Assembly: GCA_036229005.1 (NCBI GenBank)
Contig: JAZAMN010000002.1
Location: 32,001 to 96,000, forward strand
Direction of reading: 5' to 3'
DNA length: 64,000 bases
Source of the DNA: Myxococcota bacterium
GTDB taxonomy: Bacteria > Myxococcota_A > UBA796 > CAJQPC01
Shown: in pieces, positions 47,113-55,011 of the stretch
Layout of the letters: each line of letters starts with the position of its first letter
Position numbering within the stretch: position 1 is the stretch's first letter
Program-made: the position numbers and the translations under genes
The notes under the pieces: model-generated
Told to the model about the DNA's origin: nothing
Database searches by the model: none
What the model saw: only the letters and a program-made list of their open reading frames with translations

Positions 47113-47430
47113 ATGTCCGAGCGAAACGTCCAGGACTTCATCAAGGACCTCGTCACCCAGAACCGCGTGATGCTGTTCATGAAGGGCAACAAGTTCTTCC
47201 CCGCCTGCGGCTTCTCCGCCCGCGCGGTGCAGATCCTCAAGCTCAACGGCGCCGAGTTCGAGACCTTCGACGTCCTGAGCGACCCCGGCGTGCGCCAGGG
47301 CATCAAGGAGTTCGCCCAGTGGCCCACCATCCCCCAGCTCTACATCGACGGGGAGTTCGTCGGTGGCTCCGACATCATGCTGGAGATGCATGAGTCCGGC
47401 GAGCTCAAGGGCATGGTCGACGCCGGCTGA
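47113..47430 (+). CDS. grxD: Monothiol glutaredoxin Grx4
   Basis: FMKG, CGFS, WPTIPQLY, GGSDI. Confidence 0.95.
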   Translation: MSERNVQDFIKDLVTQNRVMLFMKGNKFFPACGFSARAVQILKLNGAEFETFDVLSDPGVRQGIKEFAQWPTIPQLYIDGEFVGGSDIMLEMHESGELKGMVDAG

Positions 47431-47468
47431 GCCGCTCCCCGACCGGGCGGGCCCTCTCCAGCGGGGGT

Positions 47469-48578
47469 CTACTCGGAGGGGGCACCCTTGGGGGGGGACT
47501 CATCGCTGTCGGCGCCGTAGCGCTTGGTCTCGTGGGCGGAGAAGCCCTCGCCGTCACCGCGCAGCAGCACGTCGCAGTAGAAGCGGGTCTTCTTGACCAT
47601 CTGCCCCAGCGCGTTGTGGTGGATGTTCTTGCGCAGGGCCACCAGGGTGCGGCGCTCGACCTTGTAGCGGTCCCACTTGTCGCTCTTGGCCTTGGCTCTG
47701 GCCTTGGTCTTGGCCTCGTCGGCGTCGACCTCGGACAGGGGCGCGAACAGGGACTCCCGGTCGTAGCCCCAGGTCTCCAGGTCCTCGTCGCTGAGGCCGT
47801 CGATCATGCGGCGCAGCAGGGCCTCCTTGTCGGGATCGGCGGCCGCGGACTGCGCCCACTTGTGCACAGAGGTCTTGACCGGCCGGCTGTGCTTGGCCAC
47901 CCCGATGGGGTCCCCCAGGCCACCCTCGACCGCGGGCTTGGACTTGCCGTAGTTCACGGTGTCCGGCTCGTGGGGGATGCCGATGTGCTCGTAGATGCGC
48001 TTGAGCTGGGACTCGGGGTCGGCGACGATGTCCTCGTAGGACACCCGGACGAAAGGAACCGAGGCCGTGCGGATGAAATCCGCCATGGCCGGCACGTACC
48101 GAGCCAGCACGGGGTTGAAGTCGAAGGCCGCCTGATAGTCCCCGTCAAAGAAGCTCGCCGCGAAGCTGTCCCAGACCGACAGCGGGTTCCGGGTGAGCAC
48201 CACGAAGTGGGCCTGGGGGAAGAGCTTGGCGATGAATGGGAGGATCAGCGCGTAGGCGGGCGTCTTGTCCAGGAAGTAGGGCTTGTCCTGGGTGGCGAGC
48301 ATGCGGCCGTACATGACCTCGCAGTAGGCGCGCAGGGCGTCGAGGTAGTCGTCTTCGCCGCCAGGGAGGTCTGCCACGAACTCCTTGAGGGCCATGCCGG
48401 CCTGGAGCTGGTCGAAGGGGGCGCGGTCGACGTTGTCGTAGAAGCCCAGGTGCGCCAGGGGGGTCAGCAGGTGGGGCTCCGGCCGCGAGTAGATCTGCGA
48501 GTGCGAGGAGAGCATCCGCATGAGCAGGGTGGAGCCGGAGCGGGGGGGCCCGATGACGAAGATGAGCTTGTCTTGCAT
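47469..48578 (-). CDS. Sulfotransferase
   Basis: FVIGPPRSGSTLL PAPS loop, DKTP, RNPL...S, VSYED. Confidence 0.92.
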   Translation of the reverse strand: MQDKLIFVIGPPRSGSTLLMRMLSSHSQIYSRPEPHLLTPLAHLGFYDNVDRAPFDQLQAGMALKEFVADLPGGEDDYLDALRAYCEVMYGRMLATQDKPYFLDKTPAYALILPFIAKLFPQAHFVVLTRNPLSVWDSFAASFFDGDYQAAFDFNPVLARYVPAMADFIRTASVPFVRVSYEDIVADPESQLKRIYEHIGIPHEPDTVNYGKSKPAVEGGLGDPIGVAKHSRPVKTSVHKWAQSAAADPDKEALLRRMIDGLSDEDLETWGYDRESLFAPLSEVDADEAKTKARAKAKSDKWDRYKVERRTLVALRKNIHHNALGQMVKKTRFYCDVLLRGDGEGFSAHETKRYGADSDESPPKGAPSE

Positions 48579-48584
48579 GCCCTC

Positions 48585-48590
48585 ACCCTA
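48585..48590 (-). promoter_or_regulatory. Putative -10 box TAGGGT 6 nt before sulfotransferase ATG
   Basis: TANNNT-N6-ATG. Confidence 0.5.
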
Positions 48591-48688
48591 ACGCCGTGAA
48601 CTGTGGGGTGACATGAGCCTGCACAGACTCTGCGCTTCGCCGGCACCTTGGGGCCCCCGGGGTCTCCCCCAGGGGCCAGGAGAGGAGG

Positions 48689-50053
48689 TCAGATGCAGCC
48701 GGTAGCGTCGCAGCTCAGATCCCCACCGCTGTACCCGCCGACCGCGTAGACATGGACATCCGCGGGGCTGTTGCCGGCGAAGTCCGTGTCGGTGATGCTG
48801 GCGGTGGCGTCGTAGAGCGCGATGGCGCCGTAGTGGCTGCCCAGGTTGTCGGTGAAGCTGCTGTCCACCACGCTCAGGTGGGGCGGCGCGGAGAAGCTCC
48901 CGAAGATCCGGACGGCGCTGCCGTAGGGGGAGCTGTTGTCCACGAAGTCGACGCCGTCCAGGGTGACGTCCTCGTAGGAGTAGATGGCGCCGCCCAGGGA
49001 GCTGGCGCTGTTGCCGTCAAAGAAGCAGTCGTAGAGCTCCAGCGTGCCCGAGGATGCGAAGATGGCGCCGCCCATGATGGCGCTGTTGTCCACAAAGTCC
49101 ACGCCCTCAAAGCGCACAGTGCCGGTGCTGTAGACCCGCGCCGCGCCTCCGTCAGCGGTGAAGCTGCTGCCCGTGGGGGTCCCGTTCCGGATCTCCAGGT
49201 CGTAGAACGCGGGGGAGCCGCCCGTGATGTTCAGGGCGCGCACGCTCCCCTCCCCGTCCAGCACGCTGCCGCCTGCAGGGTAGCCCTCGAGGTCCAGGCT
49301 GGTGCTGATGGTGGTCTCGCCGGTGTAGACGCCCTTGTAGAGGCTGATGGTCCCGCCTCCGGCGTCGACGGCGTCCTGAAGGGTCGCGTAGGGGGTGCCG
49401 TCGCGGAGCACGAGGCCCTGGCCAGAGAGCATGCCGTCGGCGTAGGCGAGCAGCTTGTCCATGGCGGACTGGCCGACGTAGGAGACGGCGTCGAGCTGGT
49501 TCAGGTCGCTGATGCTGCCCTCGCTGACGATGTTGCGGGCGGCGCGTGCGTCCAGCGCGACGTCGTGGTCCAGGGCGTCCTGGCTGAGGTTGTTGGCCAG
49601 ATAGAGCACAGCCTCGGCCTCGAAGGAGCCGACCAGCACGCCGAGCACCGACTCGCCGGTCATGCCCAGCGTGTCCTCGCCGTAGCCGACCAGGTCCTCA
49701 AATGCGCTGGGGCCGACGTAGGAGACCCCATCCAACTCAGCGACAGTGGTGAAGACGAGATCGTCGGAGGTGCCCTCCAGCCCGTCAGCTCCCGCGCGGT
49801 AGGTGACGATGTTCGCGGCGGCCCGGGAGTCCAGGGTGACGTCGTCGTCCAGGGTCTCCTGGTCCAGGTGGTTGGCCAGGTAGAGGGCGATGGTGGCCTC
49901 GTCGCTGCCCTCGGCGGGCACGGAGGACTTCACGGAGGCGACGGAGTCACCGGCCTGGTGGGCCATCTCAGCGGAGGGACCGCAAGCGACGAGGGTGGAG
50001 AGGGCGCCGAGGAGGGTGGCGGCGAGCAGAGGGGTGGTGGTCAGACGCTTCAT
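48689..50053 (-). CDS. Lipoprotein with two ComEA-like HhH repeats and C-terminal beta-helix
   Basis: LVAC; LYLAN..LD..LD.RAA.NIV..LD.VSYVG twice; GGAI/F.DN repeats. Confidence 0.82.
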   Translation of the reverse strand: MKRLTTTPLLAATLLGALSTLVACGPSAEMAHQAGDSVASVKSSVPAEGSDEATIALYLANHLDQETLDDDVTLDSRAAANIVTYRAGADGLEGTSDDLVFTTVAELDGVSYVGPSAFEDLVGYGEDTLGMTGESVLGVLVGSFEAEAVLYLANNLSQDALDHDVALDARAARNIVSEGSISDLNQLDAVSYVGQSAMDKLLAYADGMLSGQGLVLRDGTPYATLQDAVDAGGGTISLYKGVYTGETTISTSLDLEGYPAGGSVLDGEGSVRALNITGGSPAFYDLEIRNGTPTGSSFTADGGAARVYSTGTVRFEGVDFVDNSAIMGGAIFASSGTLELYDCFFDGNSASSLGGAIYSYEDVTLDGVDFVDNSSPYGSAVRIFGSFSAPPHLSVVDSSFTDNLGSHYGAIALYDATASITDTDFAGNSPADVHVYAVGGYSGGDLSCDATGCI

Positions 50054-50198
50054 GGGTCGTTCTCTCAAGGGTCGTTTTGGTGAGCCGCAGATTCGTTCTC
50101 GGACAACGGAGGAGGGACTCGTCGGAGCCGCTGCGGACCTGATTTCCTTTGTCGGGGGCGGAACGCGGGCTGGGGTGTGCAGCTTTCAGTTTTTTTTT

Positions 50199-50995
50199 AT
50201 GGGGGTCTCGCGACCCCCCTGAACCCCAGCGGAGCTGGGGTCACCCCCCGCGGGCTCTTCGAGGGGGCAGAAGCGGAAGTACTCCTCGGCGCGTCGGCGC
50301 GGCTGCGCCGCTTCTTTGGCTTTGTCGGAGTCCTTCCGGCCCCTCTACGAGCCGGCTGCGCGCGCAGGGTTGCGCGCAGCAACCCCGGCTGTGGCTGGGC
50401 TGAGGAAGCGGCTGTGCGACTCGCGCGCCCCCCCTGAACACCAGCAGAGCTGGGGTCACCCCCCGCGGGCTCTTCGAGGGGGCAGAAGCGGAAGTACTCC
50501 TCGGCGCGGGCTCTTTTTGTATGGGGGTCTCGCGACCCCCCTGAACCCCAGCGGAGCTGGGGTCACCCCCCGCGGGCTCTTCGAGGGGGCAGAAGCGGAA
50601 GAACTCCTCGGCGCGTCGGCGCGGCTGCGCCGCTTCTTTGGCTTTGTCGGAGTCCTTCCGGCCCCTCTACGAGCCGGGTGAAGGCGCAGGTTTGCGCACT
50701 TCACCCCCCGGCCGTGGGAGGGCGGAAGCAACCAGCCGGCGCGCGCCCGCCCTGACCCCCCGCGGGCTCTTCGAGGGGGCAAAAGCGGAAGCTCCCCTCG
50801 GCGCGTCGGTGAGCCGGCAAGCCGACTCACGCTTTGGCTTTGTCGGGGAGCTCCCGGCCCCTCTACGAGCCGGCTGCGCGCGCAGGTTTGCGCGCAGCAA
50901 CCCCGGTCGTGGGAGGGCGGAAGCACAGTGCGACCGTTTTATGGGGGTCTCGCGCCCCCCTGAACCCCCCGAAAGGGGTCCGGTCGAGGGTTCAG
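50199..50995 (-). repeat. Array of structured GC-rich repeats (3 near-full and 2 partial units); candidate ncRNA or REP-like element
   Basis: 50199-50355 matches 50521-50677 with 1 mismatch; further units at ~50421-50508, ~50755-50935 and 50941-50995; compensatory stem changes. Confidence 0.9.
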
Positions 50996-51082
50996 TCCGG
51001 ATGCTCGGGCGAGGATCGATCGCCGCCGCCTCGAGCCTTCGTGGTACGAGAGCCACCCCTCCCCCGTGAGCGAGACCCCCGC

Positions 51083-51982
51083 ATGCGCGGCTTGAACACC
51101 AGATTCTTCAACGCGCTGAGCGACGGCTTCCTCCGTCCGATCCTCGACCGGGTCCACCTCGACCGCACCCTGTGCCTCGAGCTCCGCGACGACTACCTGA
51201 ACGTCTACTACCGGGGAGGCAACCTCCTGCGCCTGGGCCGCAGCGGTGACGCATACGCCGCCACCTTCGACGTGAAGTACGCCAAGGGCACCCCGCTGGC
51301 CCACCCCGCCTCCGCCGTCCGCGAACCGGAGCACGTCCGCGCCTGGCTCGACGCCATACCCCACCTCAAGCTGGCGATGGACCTCTACATGGGCCACCAC
51401 CCAAAGGAGGAGCGCGAGATCCAGCAGCTCATCGCCCGCGACAACAACATCGGCAGCGTCAGCCGAGCCACCGACTACTACGTGTGCGACATCGAGTACG
51501 CGAACGCCCACGGTCGCTTCGACTTGGTAGGGGTCCACTGGCCCTCCACCGGCACAGACCGAAAGCAGAGCGACGGGCGCCGCCTGGTGATCGGCGAGGT
51601 GAAGCAGGGTGACAAGGCCCTCTCCGGCAAGGCGGGGCTGCACGCCCACCTACGCGACGTCGACGGCTTCCTCTCCGACCCAGGACGCCTGGCCGGCCTG
51701 CAAGAGGAGATGGTCACGGTCTTCAACCAGAAGCGCGCCCTTGGCCTTGTCAACTGCGGCCGCGACCTGGGGTCCTTCAGCGCCGAGCCCCCGCTCTTCC
51801 TGCTCATCCTGGCGAACCACGACCCCGACAAGACCAAGCTGCGAGGGGAGCTCGCCACGCTCCCCCGCGCCAAACACTGCGAGCTCCGCGTCGCTACGAG
51901 CTCGCTCGTCGGGTACGGGCTCTTTGACCCGGGCCTGCTCACGATAGAAGAGGTGCTCGCGAGGCCGGAGACCAGCTTGTAG
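51083..51982 (+). CDS. Putative PD-(D/E)xK restriction-endonuclease-like protein
   Basis: EREIQQ helix, DIEY, RFDLV, IGEVK; N-terminal LRDDYLNVYYRGGNLL; more A/T-ending codons than neighbours. Confidence 0.7.
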   Translation: MRGLNTRFFNALSDGFLRPILDRVHLDRTLCLELRDDYLNVYYRGGNLLRLGRSGDAYAATFDVKYAKGTPLAHPASAVREPEHVRAWLDAIPHLKLAMDLYMGHHPKEEREIQQLIARDNNIGSVSRATDYYVCDIEYANAHGRFDLVGVHWPSTGTDRKQSDGRRLVIGEVKQGDKALSGKAGLHAHLRDVDGFLSDPGRLAGLQEEMVTVFNQKRALGLVNCGRDLGSFSAEPPLFLLILANHDPDKTKLRGELATLPRAKHCELRVATSSLVGYGLFDPGLLTIEEVLARPETSL

Positions 51983-52054
51983 CGGCCTGGTCCTCAGGGT
52001 CCACCCGCTGCAGACCTGATGCCCTCAAGAATCGCTGGGGCCACGCCAAGTGCC

Positions 52055-52966
52055 TCAGATCCCCAACGGGTCGGGGCCCCAATCGCCCAGGAGTTGGACC
52101 TCGGGGCGCAGGAGCACGCCGGTCTGCTCGAAGACGACGCGGCGGGCGTGCACGATGAGCTGGCGGACGTCCTCGGAGCTGGCGCCGCCCTCGTTGAGGA
52201 AGAAGTTGGCGTGCTTCTCCGAGATGACCGCGCCCCCGATGCGGTGGCCCTTGAGGCCGCAGGCGTCGATCAGTCGGCCAGCGGAGTCCCCGGGCGGGTT
52301 GGTGAAGGTGCTGCCGCAGGACGGCAGGTCCAGGGGCTGGGTGGCCTTGCGCCGCTCCAGGAAGGCCTCGCGGGCGGCGGCACGGGTGCCCTCGCTGTCG
52401 GACTGGAGCTGCAGAGTGGCGCGGGCGACCACGGAGCCAGGAGGTAGAGCGGAGTGTCGGTAGGACAGACCGAGCTGGCCCACCTCCAGAACCTGCAGGC
52501 TGCCGTCCGGGAGCACGATCTCGGCGCTGACGAGGAGATCCTTGGCCTCCCCCAGCGTGGTTCCGGCGTTCATGACGACGGCGCCCCCCATGGTGCCGGG
52601 GATGCCGGCGAAGGGCTCCGCGCCCGCCAGACCTGCGCGATCCAGGCGAGAGAGCAGGACGTTCAGGCGCAGGCCACCGCCGACGACGGCGCGCTCACCC
52701 TCGATCTCCACCGCGGCGAGCGCCCCCTTGAGCATCAGGGTGATGCCAGAGATGCCGTCGTCGTGGACCAGGGAGTTGGAGCCGCGGCCCAGCACGGTCA
52801 CGGGCTGCTGGTGGGCGTGGGCGACCCGCATCACGGCCTGGAGCTGCTCGAGGCTGCTGGCCTCGACCAGGAAGCGCGCGGGGCCGCCGCAGCGCCAGTA
52901 GAGCTTGCGGTTGAGGTCGGCGTTCTCGCGCACCTTGGCGCCGGTTTCCTGGAGGGCCTGCAGCAT
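52055..52966 (-). CDS. murB: UDP-N-acetylmuramate dehydrogenase
   Basis: GGPA, LGRGSN, GIPGTMGGAVVMNAG, YRHS, QP..PSCGSTFTNP, SEKHANF. Confidence 0.96.
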   Translation of the reverse strand: MLQALQETGAKVRENADLNRKLYWRCGGPARFLVEASSLEQLQAVMRVAHAHQQPVTVLGRGSNSLVHDDGISGITLMLKGALAAVEIEGERAVVGGGLRLNVLLSRLDRAGLAGAEPFAGIPGTMGGAVVMNAGTTLGEAKDLLVSAEIVLPDGSLQVLEVGQLGLSYRHSALPPGSVVARATLQLQSDSEGTRAAAREAFLERRKATQPLDLPSCGSTFTNPPGDSAGRLIDACGLKGHRIGGAVISEKHANFFLNEGGASSEDVRQLIVHARRVVFEQTGVLLRPEVQLLGDWGPDPLGI

Positions 52967-52999
52967 GGGGCTGGGCTAACGCCGAGGCCCGCCATTGGG

Positions 53000-53005
53000 T
53001 AGGCT
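53000..53005 (+). promoter_or_regulatory. Putative -10 box TAGGCT 6 nt before ATG 53012
   Basis: TANNNT-N6-ATG. Confidence 0.55.
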
Positions 53006-53011
53006 GGGGGC

Positions 53012-53935
53012 ATGTTGCTGCTTCTGCTGCTGAGCTGCGCCCCCGGGCGGGCCATCGGAGAGAACGTCGGGACGGGGCTGCGCACGGCCTTGGCCGAAGA
53101 GGACCCCAAGCTGCAGCAGGCGGTCTCGGACCTGGGGGCGGCGCTGACCTCCGGGGCCCTGGCGGGGCTGTCCGAAGAGGAGCGACGAGTCGCCCTGCAG
53201 GCGCAGATCGATGCGCTGATCGAGGCGCTGGCACCGCAGCTCTCGGCCGCCATCCAGGACGAGATCGGGCCGGCGCTGGCCGAGGCGCTGTCCAATGCGG
53301 TGCAGGAGGCTCTGGGCGAGCTGGCCAGCGCACAGGGGCAGGCGGACCTGGAGACCATCGCTGGGACCATCGCAGAGGCCCTCGTCGCGGGGCTGGCCAA
53401 GGACGCGGGCCCAGAGCTGGCGCTGGCGCTGGAGCGGGATCTGGGCCCGGCGCTCAAGACGGTGCTGGAGCGCGACCTGGCGCCCACCTTGCAGACGGAG
53501 GGGGTGGCTTTTGCCCAGGCGGCCAGCGAGAAGGCGGCGAGCGCGCTGGGGGCACAGCTCGCGGAGGACCTGGACGGACCACTGGGGGCGGCGCTGGAGG
53601 CGCGGGCGACCAACATCATCGAGGCCACGCGGCAGGCCGCGGAGACGGAGGGGCAGCGCTGGCAGGGCTTCTTCTGGAGCGCGCTGGTGGCGCTGGCTTT
53701 CGTGGTCACCGGGATGGGCGGGCTGGGGTGGTTCCTGCTCAAGGAGTTCCGCGAGGCCCGCGGGCTCCGGGCGGCGCTGGACCTGGTCACAACGAACATC
53801 AAGCGCTCGGAGGACGACGAGGCCGTGAAGGCGCTCACCCGCCGGATCCGGGATGAGGGCAAGGAGACCGAGGGGGGGCAGGCGCTGTCCGCGTTCCTCA
53901 AGGAGCGGCGACACAACAAGATCGAGATCGAGTAG
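53012..53935 (+). CDS. Hypothetical all-helical lipoprotein with C-terminal TM
   Basis: MLLLLLLSC; repeated L..dLGPAL helices; TM near C-terminus. Confidence 0.78.
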   Translation: MLLLLLLSCAPGRAIGENVGTGLRTALAEEDPKLQQAVSDLGAALTSGALAGLSEEERRVALQAQIDALIEALAPQLSAAIQDEIGPALAEALSNAVQEALGELASAQGQADLETIAGTIAEALVAGLAKDAGPELALALERDLGPALKTVLERDLAPTLQTEGVAFAQAASEKAASALGAQLAEDLDGPLGAALEARATNIIEATRQAAETEGQRWQGFFWSALVALAFVVTGMGGLGWFLLKEFREARGLRAALDLVTTNIKRSEDDEAVKALTRRIRDEGKETEGGQALSAFLKERRHNKIEIE

Positions 53936-54073
53936 TGGCCTGACGACCCACGGCGAGCAGACAGGTCCCCCATCTCCGTTTCAGAGTGGGGCCGCTTCCG
54001 AAACAGAACATGTTCCATGCAACCCCCTGGTCCTGGTGGACATCATGGGGGAACACTTTGCTTGGATTGTTTC

Positions 54074-54504
<431 letters not shown>

Positions 54505-54508
<4 letters not shown>

Positions 54509-55011
54509 ACAAGGCCAACCTCGCGTCTGGCGCCGTCGGGCTGCTCTTCGCCTTTGGCCTGGGCCTGGCGGGCATGACCCAGCCGGGCAAGGTCGTGGGC
54601 TTCCTGGACGTCACCGGCGACTGGGACCCCTCGCTGGCGCTGGTCATGGGCGGCGCTGCGCTGACCTTTGGGGTGCTCTACCGGCTGATCACCCGGCGGC
54701 AGGCCCCGGTGCTGGAGCCCGTGTTCCGCCTGCCCACGCGCTCGGACATCGACCTGCCGCTCATCGCCGGCTCGGCGCTCTTCGGCCTGGGCTGGGGCTT
54801 GGGCGGCTTCTGCCCGGGCCCCGGGCTGGTCTCCGTGGTCTCGGGCGCCCTGCAGCCGGTGGTGTTCGTCGCTACCATGCTGCTCGGGATGTTCCTCCAT
54901 TCCCTGTGGACCGAGCGCAACGCGCAGCCCAAGCAGGAGTCCAGTGGCGCCGAGCCCAGCCCAGAGCAGCAGCGCCCAGAGCGCCTCGAACGCGCCCCCG
55001 TCGAGGGCTGA
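54505..55011 (+). CDS. YeeE/YedE family partner
   Basis: GMTQPGKVVGFLD, WDPSL, FGLGWGLGGFCPGP. Confidence 0.9.

Noticed and set aside
50755..50900. c-di-GMP-I riboswitch (GCAAACC, ACAAAGCC) or group II intron end on the minus strand
   Set aside because: Spacing and stems do not fit; no GNRA/receptor pair and no domain V
50199..50995. CRISPR array
   Set aside because: Units are ~200 nt and irregular, with no short repeat/unique spacer pattern and no cas genes
50149..51069. Small ORFs across the repeat array
   Set aside because: They merely translate the repeats in several frames; no codon bias
54046..54063. Sigma-54 promoter before yeeE (GG-N10-GC, TTGC)
   Set aside because: -24 element lacks the GGCAC match
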